From an uncultured Acidimicrobiales bacterium (GTDB lineage Bacteria; Actinomycetota; Acidimicrobiia; Acidimicrobiales; VFJN01), in assembly GCA_963842015.1 (NCBI GenBank), contig CAWJFG010000021.1:174631-238630 (forward strand): 64,000 bases of DNA, read 5' to 3'. Below, one piece after another: positions 48,912-59,764 of this stretch (position 1 is its first letter; each line of letters opens with the position of its first letter). A model generated the notes under the pieces. That model saw only the letters and a program-made list of their open reading frames with translations, had not been told where the DNA came from and ran no database searches. Made by a program: the position numbers and the translations under genes.

Positions 48912-49617
48912 CCGCTCGGCCGGCCGCCGCGCCCCCGTCATCCTGCTGCCACCGTCCGAGGGCAAGGCCGCGGGCGGACGGGGCCGGCCGTGGCGGCCCG
49001 GGACGGGGGTTCTGCCCGAGCTCGACGGGGCGCGGTCCGAGACGCTGGCGGCCCTCGGCGACGGGGTGGCGGACGCGCCGACCATGCGGGCCATCGACCG
49101 CTACACGGGCGTCCTCTACGGGCAGCTCGACTGGCCCTCGCTCCCCGCGGCCGCCAAGCAGCTCGGCAGCCGGACCGTGCTCATCGCGTCGGGGCTGTGG
49201 GGCGTGTCCGCGCCCGGCGATCCGATCCCGGCGTACCGGTTGAAGATGTCGGCGACGCTGCCGTCGGTCGGCCGGATGGCCGCCTGGTGGCGCCCCCGGC
49301 TGACCGCCGCGCTGGCCCCGCACCTCGCCGGCCGGCTCGTGTGGGACCTGCTGCCGGGCGAGCACGCGGCCGCGTGGCGGCCCGAGGACGTGCGCACGCG
49401 GCGGCGGGTCACGGTCCGGTTCCTCGATCGGCAGGGCCGCACGGTGAGCCACTGGAACAAGCTGCTCAAGGGCGCCCTCGTCCGTCACCTGTTGACCGAG
49501 CGCCCGGCGGGCCCAGAGGATCTGGACGGCTGGGAGCACCCCTCGGGCTACCGGGTCGACCTCGCCGCCTCCGACCTGGCGGGGGACCCCGCCGTCCTCG
49601 TGTTCCGCGAGGTGTGA
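48877..49617 (+). CDS. yaaA: YaaA/DUF328 family (peroxide stress) protein
   Basis: ILLPPSEGK, AIDRYTGVLYGQLD, IPAYRLKM, HWNKLLKGALVRHL. Confidence 0.8.
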   Translation: MPRPEPPVAPSSRSAGRRAPVILLPPSEGKAAGGRGRPWRPGTGVLPELDGARSETLAALGDGVADAPTMRAIDRYTGVLYGQLDWPSLPAAAKQLGSRTVLIASGLWGVSAPGDPIPAYRLKMSATLPSVGRMAAWWRPRLTAALAPHLAGRLVWDLLPGEHAAAWRPEDVRTRRRVTVRFLDRQGRTVSHWNKLLKGALVRHLLTERPAGPEDLDGWEHPSGYRVDLAASDLAGDPAVLVFREV

Positions 49618-49620
49618 CGC

Positions 49621-50271
49621 TCAGGCGCGGATGAGCAGCAGGACGAGGGTGAAGTGGCAGCCGCTCGCACCGACCACGAACGAGTGCCAGATCTCGTGGT
49701 AGCCGAACACCAGCGGCCGCGGGTCGGGGCGGTTCCGGGCCAGCACGACGGCGCCGACCGTGTACAGCAGCCCGCCGGCGATCAGCAGCGTCATCTCGAC
49801 CGCCGACAGCGATCGGACGAGCTGCGGGAAGGCGAGGATGGCGAGCCATCCCAACACGAGGTAGAGGACGAAGCCGACGGCGCGCCACCGCTCGAGCCGC
49901 AGCACCGTGATGACGACGCCGATCGCGGCCCCGCTCCACGCCAGGGCCAGCAGGGTGATGCCCCACGCGGGGCGCAAAGCCAGCAGCGTGACCGGCGTGT
50001 ACGACGCGGCGATGAACACGAAGATCATCGAGTGGTCGAGGTGGCGCATCACCCGGGTGGCGCGCTCGGACCAGTCGCGCCGGTGGTACAGCGCGCTGAC
50101 GCCGTAGAGGCCCGACAGGCAGGCGGCGAAGATCGAGGCCGCCACCCGGGCCTCGACCCCGCTGGCCAGGGCGATCAACGCGATGCCCGCGGGGAGCGAG
50201 GCGAAGAAGGCGATCTGGTGCAGGCGCCCGCGCCAGCGCGGCTTGGGGAGACCAGGCATGTGGACGGGCAC
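49621..50271 (-). CDS. Hemolysin III/PAQR family membrane protein
   Basis: 216 aa, 7 TM. Contains SALYH, HLDHSMIFVFIAASYTP and HEIWHSFVV motifs. Confidence 0.85.
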   Translation of the reverse strand: MPVHMPGLPKPRWRGRLHQIAFFASLPAGIALIALASGVEARVAASIFAACLSGLYGVSALYHRRDWSERATRVMRHLDHSMIFVFIAASYTPVTLLALRPAWGITLLALAWSGAAIGVVITVLRLERWRAVGFVLYLVLGWLAILAFPQLVRSLSAVEMTLLIAGGLLYTVGAVVLARNRPDPRPLVFGYHEIWHSFVVGASGCHFTLVLLLIRA

Positions 50272-50304
50272 GAGCGCAGACGTTACGGGGTTGGCCCCGA
50301 CAGG

Positions 50305-51003
50305 TCAGGTCGGGCACCCTCGCCCGCGGAAAGTCGCCGTCACCCGGGGAGACCACAGCGGTTCCGGCACCTCGAACCCGACCGCGGTGCCCCAGCGGTT
50401 GCGGTACGACACCTCGTGCACCGGCCGGCGGCCCGCCACGCCCCAGCGGCCGGTGGGATAGCCGAACGACACGCAGCAGGCCATGATCCAGCCCTCGCCG
50501 TCGGGCACCCCGAGGATGTCGAGGGTCTCCCTCGGGTGGAAGAAGCCGAGCACGCTCGTCAGCGAGCTGCCGACCCCGTGGGCGCGCGCCGCGAGCATGG
50601 CGCTCCACACCGCGGGGTAGATCGACCCGCCGGTGGGATCGTGCTGCACGAACCCGAACAGGAAGAGCGGCACCTGCTCGAAGTGGTCGGCCAGCCACTG
50701 GGCCGAGCGCTGCACCTTGACCATCTGAACGCTCTCGGGGTCGTCGGGGTCGGCGGCGGCGGCCGCCAGCCGATCGGCGTACACCGTGACCCACAGCTGG
50801 GCGATGGCGTCGCGATACAGCGGCCCGACGCCGGCCTTGACCTCGGGGTCGTCGACCAGCAGGAAGCGCCAGTTCTGCGTGTTGCCGCCGCTGGGGGCCC
50901 GGATGGCGGCGTCGAGGATGGCCGCCTGCACGTCCGGCGGGATCGGTTCGGTGGTGACGCGGCGCATCGCCCGGGTCGTGTACAGCGCTTCCAGGGTGTC
51001 CAT
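50305..51003 (-). CDS. Nitroreductase family protein
   Basis: ATG at 51003-51001 (rc). Contains MDTLEALYTTRAMRR and AIRAPSGGNTQNWRFLLVDD. Confidence 0.8.
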   Translation of the reverse strand: MDTLEALYTTRAMRRVTTEPIPPDVQAAILDAAIRAPSGGNTQNWRFLLVDDPEVKAGVGPLYRDAIAQLWVTVYADRLAAAAADPDDPESVQMVKVQRSAQWLADHFEQVPLFLFGFVQHDPTGGSIYPAVWSAMLAARAHGVGSSLTSVLGFFHPRETLDILGVPDGEGWIMACCVSFGYPTGRWGVAGRRPVHEVSYRNRWGTAVGFEVPEPLWSPRVTATFRGRGCPT

Positions 51004-51077
51004 GCCCCCCTTTGTAGCCGTAGGCTGATCCGTCCCCCGGAACGCCTCCGGCACCCCCGCGACAAGAGGAACCCCCA

Positions 51078-52920
<1,843 letters not shown>

Positions 52921-52952
52921 CGTGACGCCGGACACGTGTCTTTGCTAGCGAT

Positions 52953-52964
52953 TACCGATCGGTA
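52953..52964. promoter_or_regulatory. 12-bp perfect palindrome TACCGATCGGTA (candidate operator) upstream of the ABC importer
   Basis: Lies in an AT-richer patch of the typA-SBP gap. Neighbours are GACACGTGTC (52931-52940) and the hairpin AACGGTG-N7-CACCGTT (53028-53048). Confidence 0.25.
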
Positions 52965-53068
52965 GCGCGGTCGGATCAGCGCGGGTCGTGCTGCAAGCGT
53001 GAGCCGCCAGCGAGTACGGTCGCGGTGAACGGTGTCACAGTCACCGTTGGGGGAATCGAGGGGGAGAG

Positions 53069-54631
53069 ATGGCCGGTGACCGGCGACGGCTCCGCGGGGC
53101 CGAGAGACGCCTGCTCAAGGGGTACGCGCCGTTGGTCGTGCTGGTGGCAGCGCTCGTGGTCATGGTGGCGGTCGTGCCGAGCAAGGTGCCCGCAGAGCTC
53201 GCCGCCACCGGCCAGGGCGAGGCCACCGAGGTCGCGTCGGGGGAGCCGGCGACCGGCTGGAACGACACGGTCACGGCCTGCCCCGATCGCCCCCTCCAGA
53301 TCCCCGACCTCGGGTACTCGCCCCCGTGCTTCGCGTTCTCGGGCGCCAACGGCGGCGAGACCGCCCGCGGCGTCACGGCCGACACCATCCGGGTGTCCTA
53401 CCGGGTCACGTCCGACCCCAACCTGCTCCTGCTCCTCGGCCAGCTCGGCGGCGTGCCGCTGGACGAGTCGAACGAGGAGATGTACCGGACCATGGAGGCG
53501 TTGGTCGAATGGGTCAACGCCAACTTCCAGCTCTACGGGCGGCAGATCGAGCTGGTGCGCTACGACGGTCGCGGGCAGATCCTCCCCGAGTTCACCGGCG
53601 GTGGGCAGGACGCGGCGACCAACGACAGCATCAAGGTCGCCAACGAGATCGGGGCCTTCGCCGACCTCACCGGCATCACCCAGCCCTACGCCGACGCCCT
53701 GGCCCGCAACGAGGTCGTCGCGGTGGGTGCGCCCTACATGTCCCGCGAGTGGTTCGAGGCGCGTCGGCCGTTCGCGTGGAGCATCGTGCCCGACTGCACG
53801 ATCACCGCCGAGGCGTCCGCCGTCTACGCCAACGGCCGGCTGTTCGGCCGCACCGCCGACTTCGCGGGCGACGACCTGTCGGGCGAGGAGCGCTCGCTGG
53901 CGGTGATCGCCCCCAACAACCTCGAGTACCAGCAGTGCGTCGACTCGTTCGAGGAGCAGATCGCGACCGAGGGGAACGAGGTCGCGCTGCGACTGGACTA
54001 CACGCTCGACCCGGCCCAGCTCAAGACCCAGGCGGCCAGCCTCATGGCCAAGCTCAAGGACGAGGGCACGACGTCGGTGTCGTGCGCCTGCGACCCGGTC
54101 ATGCAGATGTACCTGGGCCAGGAGGCCACGGCCATCGGGTACTACCCCGAGTGGCTGATCGCCGGCGTCGGCTTCATCGACTGGGACCTCGGCGGCCAGA
54201 TCATCTCCAAGAACGCCCCCGACCAGTGGGTCCGGGCGTTCGGTGGCAGCCCCTCGGCGGCCCCGACGCCGCCCGAGCGCAGCTTCGCCCACGCCGCCTA
54301 CCGCAGCGTCCGCGACGACGAGCCGTCGCTGCTGGTGGAGGAGCTGTTCCACGAGCTGCTCGTGCTCGCCCTGGGCCTCCAGATGGCGGGCCCGGACCTG
54401 ACGCCCGAGACGTTCGAGACCGGCCTGTTCTCGTACCCGGGCGGCACGGGGCAGGTGGGCGCCTGGGACTTCGGGCCGGGTCACTACACGCCGATCACCG
54501 ACATCCGCGAGATCTGGTGGGACCCCGACACGATCTCGGCGTTCAACGGGCAGCCCGGGACGTACGTCGACAACGGCCAGCGGTACCTGCAACAGGACAT
54601 TCCCGAGGGCGAGCCGGAGGTGTTCCCGTGA
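53069..54631 (+). CDS. ABC transporter substrate-binding protein (type I PBP, LIV-like), N-terminally membrane-anchored
   Basis: 520 aa with TM anchor LVVLVAALVVMVAVV. First gene of the SBP-permease-ATPase cluster. Family assignment is by context and general PBP features only. Confidence 0.75.
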   Translation: MAGDRRRLRGAERRLLKGYAPLVVLVAALVVMVAVVPSKVPAELAATGQGEATEVASGEPATGWNDTVTACPDRPLQIPDLGYSPPCFAFSGANGGETARGVTADTIRVSYRVTSDPNLLLLLGQLGGVPLDESNEEMYRTMEALVEWVNANFQLYGRQIELVRYDGRGQILPEFTGGGQDAATNDSIKVANEIGAFADLTGITQPYADALARNEVVAVGAPYMSREWFEARRPFAWSIVPDCTITAEASAVYANGRLFGRTADFAGDDLSGEERSLAVIAPNNLEYQQCVDSFEEQIATEGNEVALRLDYTLDPAQLKTQAASLMAKLKDEGTTSVSCACDPVMQMYLGQEATAIGYYPEWLIAGVGFIDWDLGGQIISKNAPDQWVRAFGGSPSAAPTPPERSFAHAAYRSVRDDEPSLLVEELFHELLVLALGLQMAGPDLTPETFETGLFSYPGGTGQVGAWDFGPGHYTPITDIREIWWDPDTISAFNGQPGTYVDNGQRYLQQDIPEGEPEVFP

Positions 54632-55572
54632 ACCAGCGCAGCATCCCGATCCTGGGCGGCGTGATCGTCGCCCTCGCACTGGCGACGATCCTGTTCCCCG
54701 ACACCGTGCCCGCCGGCATCGTCCTCAAGGGCGCCCTGTTCGGTTCGGCCACCGGCCTTCTCGCCGTCGGCCTCGTGCTCACGTACCGCACGACGCGGAT
54801 CATCAACTTCTCCTACGGCGCCATGGGCAGCCTCGGCGGCGGGCTCGCCGCGGCACTGGCCGAGGGCAAGGGGTGGAACTGGGGCCAGGCCGCCCTGGTC
54901 GGCGTCGCCACGGGCGTGGCGGCCGGCGCGCTGGTCGAGCGACTCGTCGTGCGCCGCTTCGCCACCGCCCCCCGGCTCGTGCTGACCGTGGCCACCATCG
55001 GCCTGGCCCAGCTGCTCGGCGGCCTCGCCATCTACCTGCCGACGTGGCTCGACGCGCCGGCGTTCATCCCGCGGGTCGAGACGTCGCTCACCGACTCGAC
55101 GTTCAACGTCGACCCCGTGACGTTCACCGGCAACGACATGCTGCTGCTGGCGGTCGTGCCGATCGTGCTGGCCGTGCTGTCGTGGTTCCTGCTGCGCACC
55201 GAGGCCGGCATGGCCGTGCGGGGCATGGCCGAGAACATGGACAGGGCGCGGCTGCTCGGCATCCCCGTCAACCAGCTGTCGCTGCTGCTGTGGTCGGTGG
55301 CCGGCGGCCTCGCCGCGCTGACCGTCGTGCTGCGGGCCCCGACCGAGGGCGTGCCGCTCACCGCGGTGGCGGGCCCCACGGTGCTGCTGCCGGCGCTCGC
55401 CGCCGCGGTCATCGTGGGCATGCGGTCGATGTCGGGAGCGTTCGTGGCGGGCGTCCTGCTCGGCGTCCTCGACCAGCTCGTGCTGTGGAACGTCGACAGC
55501 GCCGCACCGACATCGGTCGTCCTGCTGGCGGTCATCGTGGTCGCCCTGCTCGTGCAGCGGCGCTCGGGCTCA
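54628..55572 (+). CDS. LivH-like branched-chain amino acid ABC permease module. No in-frame stop; the end coordinate is approximate
   Basis: GTG 54628 overlaps the SBP stop. Contains GLVLTYRTTRIINFSYGAMG and EAGMAVRGMAENMDRARLLGIPV. The frame then degenerates into Arg/Gly nonsense up to 56370. Confidence 0.8.
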
Positions 55573-55603
55573 CCGGGCCGAGACCGGCGAGTCGTCCTGG
55601 TCG

Positions 55604-58350
55604 GTGGTCGGCGTCGGGCACGGGCTGTCCCGCACCTACGGGCGGCTCCGCGAGGTCCGCACGGCCAAGGTCGTGCTGGCGGGGCTCGTCGTGGTCGCGG
55701 TCCTGGCGCTGCCGGTCCTCGGGTCCGACTCGCAGGTCAACTTCGGCACGATCACCCTGGCCTACGCGCTCGTGGCCCTGTCGCTCGTCGTGCTGACCGG
55801 GTGGGGCGGCGTGGTCAGCCTCGGCCAGGTCGGCGTCATGGGCGCCGGGGCCGTGGTCACCGCCAACCTCATCGCCGACCGCAACATGGACCTGTTCGTC
55901 TGCCTGGCGCTGTCGGGCGTCGCCGGCGGCGTCATCGCGCTGCTGGTCGGGCTCCCGGCGCTGCGCGTGTCCGGCCAGTTCCTGGCCGTCACCACGCTCG
56001 CCTTCGCCGTGGCGATGGAGCTGTACTTCCTCAACCCGGCGAACTACGACCAGCTCCTGCCGTCCGCCTACCAGCGCCCCGAGCTGTGGGGTGCGCTCGA
56101 CCTGTCCAACGAGCGATGGCTCTACGCCCTGGCCGTGGCCCTGCTCGTCGGCGGGGTGTACATCGTCCGCAACCTCAAGGGCGGCGCGTGCCGGCCGGTC
56201 GATCTCGGCCACGCGTGACAACGAGCGCGGCGCGGCCGCCGCCGGCATCAACACCACCGAGACCCGGCTGGCCGCGTTCATCTTCGCGGGCATGCTGGCC
56301 GGCGTGGCGGGCGGCCTGCACGCCGTCGCCCTGCGCGGCATCGGGCAGTCGACCTACCCGGCGTCGATGAGCCTGCTCGTGTTCTCGATGGCCGTGATCG
56401 GCGGCGTCACGTCGATCGGAGGCACCCTGGCCGGCGTCGCCGTCGTCCAGTGGGCCGGCTACATGTTCCCGAAGGCCCAGCTCCTGCTCACCGGCGTCGG
56501 CCTCCTCGCCATCCTGCTGGTCATCCCGGGTGGTCTCGCCCAGGCGTTCGAGATGTGGCGCGACCGCTACGTCCGCATGGTGGCGCGGCGCCACGGGCTG
56601 GTCGAGCACGACGACGTCGAGACGGTCGAGCAACCGGTCGACCCCGGGCACCGGGCCATCCACCGGGACGCCGCGGGCGCCGGGCTGATGGTGGGCAGCG
56701 TGCGCCGCGAGCGGCTGGGCACCAACCTGCTCGTCAGCGAGGGGGTCGAGGCGTCCTACGGGTCGCTCCAGGTGCTGTTCGGCATCGACATGGGTGTCGA
56801 GCGCAACGAGCTCCTGGCCCTGCTGGGCACGAACGGCGCAGGGAAGTCGACGGTCCTCAAGTCGATCGCCGGCCTGCTGCCGGCCGACAAGGGCCGCATC
56901 ACCTTCGACGGGCGCGACATCACCCACCTCCCGGCCGAGGAGATCGCCCGGCTGGGCCTGTCGCTCATGCCGGGCGGCAAGGGCGTGTTCCCCACGCTCA
57001 CCGTGGCCGAGAACCTGCGGCTCGCGTGCTGGATGCTGCGCCAGGACCCCGACGCCGAGCCAGCGGATGCGCGACGAGGCGATCTCGATGTTCCCGATCC
57101 TCGGCGAGCGCCACGACCAGCTCGCCGGCGACCTGTCGGGCGGCGAGCAGCAGCAGCTGTCGCTGGCGATGGCGTTCGTCACCCGGCCCAAGCTGCTCTG
57201 CATCGACGAGCTCTCGCTCGGCCTGGCCCCGACGGTCGTCGACCGCCTGGTCGACAAGGTCCGCGAGATCCACGCCCGGGGCACGACGGTCGTGGTGGTC
57301 GAGCAGTCGGTGAACGTGGCCCTGCTGCTCTGCCACCGTGCCGTGTTCCTCGAGAAGGGCCAGGTGCGGTTCCGGGGCCCGACGGCGGGGCTGCTCGATC
57401 GGCCCGACATCCTGCGCGCCGTGTTCATCGGCGCCGAAAACGGCCAGCCGGGGTCGGGCCTCCCGGCCGCGCCGCACGCCGTGCCGCCGCCGTGGGAGCG
57501 CCCCACCCGTGGCGTCACGCTCGAGGCCCGCGGCCTGACCAAGCGCTTCGGCGGCATCCGGGCGCTCGACGACGTCCACCTGACCATCCACCCGGCGACC
57601 ATCGTCGGCCTGATCGGCCACAACGGCGCGGGCAAGACGACCCTGTTCGACGTGATGACCGGGTTCCTCCCCGCCGACGGCGGTCAGGTCCTGCTCGACG
57701 GCGTCGACATCACCAGGTGGCCCCCGTACAGGCGGGCCGTCGCCGAGGTGGGCCGGACGTTCCAGGAGGCGCGGCTCTACCCGTCGCTGTCCGTGGAGGA
57801 CGCCATCGCGGTGGCGCTCGAGCAGCACCTCGCCAACCGCGACCCGCTGGCCGCGGCCCTGCGCCTGCCGGCGTCGGTCGACTCCGAGGCGTCGGCGCGC
57901 GAGCGGGTCGACCAGCTCGTCGACCTGCTCGGCCTGGCGCCGTACGCCGACCGCCCCACGGGCGAGCTGTCGACCGGCATGCGACGCATCGTCGAGCTGG
58001 CCTGCCTGCTGGCGCAGGACCCGGCCGTGGTGCTGCTCGACGAGCCGTCAGCCGGCGTGGCCCAGCGCGAGACCGAGGCGCTCGGCCCGCTCCTGCGCCG
58101 CGTGCAGGCCGAGACCGGGTGCTCGCTCGTCATCATCGAGCACGACATGGCGCTGCTGTCGTCGCTGTGCGACGGGTTCGTGGCGCTCGAGCAGGGGGCC
58201 GTGATCGCCGGGGGCACGCCGGCGCAGGTGCTGTCGAACCCCCGCGTGATCAGCTCGTACCTCGGCACCAACGAGGACGTGGTGCACCGGTCGGGCGGTC
58301 GCCGCGGCGCGTCGTCGTCCTACAGCGGGAGCCGCCCCCCGCGGTGGTGA
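55604..58350 (+). pseudogene. LivM-like permease fused to a LivF-like and a LivG-like ATPase domain. Needs frame changes near 56189 and 57060 (pseudogene or assembly indels)
   Basis: Three successive frames carry recognisable protein: 55604-56190 (permease), 56190-57059 (RSISATRDNERGAAAAGIN ... GTNGAGKST), and 57061-58350 (LSGGEQQQL ... GHNGAGKTT ... LSTGMRRIVELA). Confidence 0.8.
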
Positions 58351-58354
58351 CGCG

Positions 58355-59101
58355 TCAACCAGGGGTGTCCGGCGTGTCGGGCGACTCCTGGTCGTCGTGG
58401 TGCCGCCGAGCCTCGTCGGCCTCCTCCAGCTCCTCGTCGAGGTGGGCGAGCGATCCGACCTCGGTCTCGCCCGACCGGGCCTCGAGGACGATCGAGAGCA
58501 GCACGAGCCCCACGGTCACCACGAGCAGGATCGTGCGGTTCTCGCCGATCCAGTCGACCACCGCGTCGATCGGTGCCTCGAAGGCCCGCCCGAACACGCG
58601 CACCAGCCACAGGCGGAACATCGACCCGGTCACGTTCAGGATCACGAAGGCGCGCAGCGACATGCCGGACGCCCCCGCGAAGAGGCAGATGTAGTTGTTC
58701 GGGGCGACGAAGACGATCGGGTACGCGGCCTTGCTGAACCACCTCTCGACCTGGCGCAGCATCTGGCCCCAGGTGCGGGTGCGCCGCTCCATCCACTCGA
58801 CCGCGGCGTCGCCGTACCAGTAGCCGAGCAGGAAGAACAGCGGGTCGCTGATGACCAGCCGCACGAACCCGATGCCGTAGTAGGTCCACGCGTCGAGCTC
58901 GTTGGTGACGAGCGCCAGGTTGCGGGTGCGGGCGTTGAGGGCGATCAGCCAGGCCGGGTGCCGGTCGACGAGCGACGGCGCCATGGCGTCGCCGACGTAG
59001 CTGATGATGACCAGGAAGATGAGGGGGATGCTGACCAGCGTGATGGCCCGACGCGACGGGCGGCGCCGCGTCGGTGTCTCGCTGTGGTCGTCCTCCGCCA
59101 T
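58355..59101 (-). CDS. DedA/VTT-domain family membrane protein (tentative)
   Basis: 248 aa, multi-TM, with acidic C-terminal tail. Contains DPLFFLLGYWYG and YPIVFVAPNNYICLFAGASGMSLRAFVILNVTG. Confidence 0.6.
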   Translation of the reverse strand: MAEDDHSETPTRRRPSRRAITLVSIPLIFLVIISYVGDAMAPSLVDRHPAWLIALNARTRNLALVTNELDAWTYYGIGFVRLVISDPLFFLLGYWYGDAAVEWMERRTRTWGQMLRQVERWFSKAAYPIVFVAPNNYICLFAGASGMSLRAFVILNVTGSMFRLWLVRVFGRAFEAPIDAVVDWIGENRTILLVVTVGLVLLSIVLEARSGETEVGSLAHLDEELEEADEARRHHDDQESPDTPDTPG

Positions 59102-59123
59102 GAGCGCGCGAGCCTACGCACGC

Positions 59124-59633
59124 TCAGGCGAGGGTGGTCCAGACGCAGGCGACGAGCGCGCCGTCGACCACCGCCACCTCCACGGTGGGCGCGGCCAACC
59201 CCGCCGCGGGAAGCGACGCGGCGAGCGCGGCCACCGCCTCGCGGGTGCGGTCCTCGCCCGGCGAGTCGACGACGAGCGCAAGGCGGCCGCCGGGGCGGAG
59301 GTGGTCGGCCGCGAACGCCAGCGCGGCCGGTCGGGCCATGGCGGCCACGCGGGCGGCGAGGACACGGTCGAACCTGGCGCGCCCGAGGTCCACGTCAGGG
59401 ACCTCGCCGACGAGGAAGGTCGCCCGGCCCTCCTCCACACCCGCGGCGTTGCGCCGGACCGCGGCCTCGACCATGGTCGGCGACCGGTCGACGCCGAGGT
59501 AGCGGCCGTCCGTGAGCACCCGCAGGGCCTCGGTGGCCGCCACGCCGTGCCCGCACCCGATCTCGAGGACGTGGTCGTCGGGCGCCAGCGCGAGCCGGTC
59601 GACGGCCCACGGCAGGCGGGCGGAGGGGGACAT
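59124..59633 (-). CDS. Class I SAM-dependent methyltransferase
   Basis: 169 aa with motif I VLEIGCGHG. Lies 22 nt upstream of the DedA-like gene on the same strand. Confidence 0.75.
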   Translation of the reverse strand: MSPSARLPWAVDRLALAPDDHVLEIGCGHGVAATEALRVLTDGRYLGVDRSPTMVEAAVRRNAAGVEEGRATFLVGEVPDVDLGRARFDRVLAARVAAMARPAALAFAADHLRPGGRLALVVDSPGEDRTREAVAALAASLPAAGLAAPTVEVAVVDGALVACVWTTLA

Positions 59634-59656
59634 GCCCCCATCGTGCCCGGCCGCCC

Positions 59657-59673
59657 CTGACAGGGCATGTCAG
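59657..59673. promoter_or_regulatory. Inverted repeat CTGACA-N5-TGTCAG in the divergent methyltransferase/ligase promoter region
   Basis: 6-bp arms, seen directly. A TAGGCT -10-like hexamer is at 59726-59731. Confidence 0.2.
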
Positions 59674-59764
59674 CTGGGCGCTCGGCCGGCGCCCCCTCCC
59701 GGCTCCGCTCCGGCCGACCCGCAACTAGGCTGCCCGCGTACAGAACGAGGACAAGAGGGGACCA

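Noticed and set aside
53326-56370. 1014-aa ORF spanning the SBP, LivH-like and LivM-like regions.
   Set aside because: Only 54628 to about 55572 of this frame encodes recognisable protein (LivH-like). The rest overlaps the SBP and the LivM-like module out of frame.
58348-58357. Convergent stop codons embedded in the perfect palindrome TGACGCGTCA. A similar case is CTGACG-N5-CGTCAG at 43085-43101.
   Set aside because: TGA and its reverse complement TCA automatically create partial dyad symmetry when convergent genes abut. With only two cases and very short arms, no function is needed to explain them.
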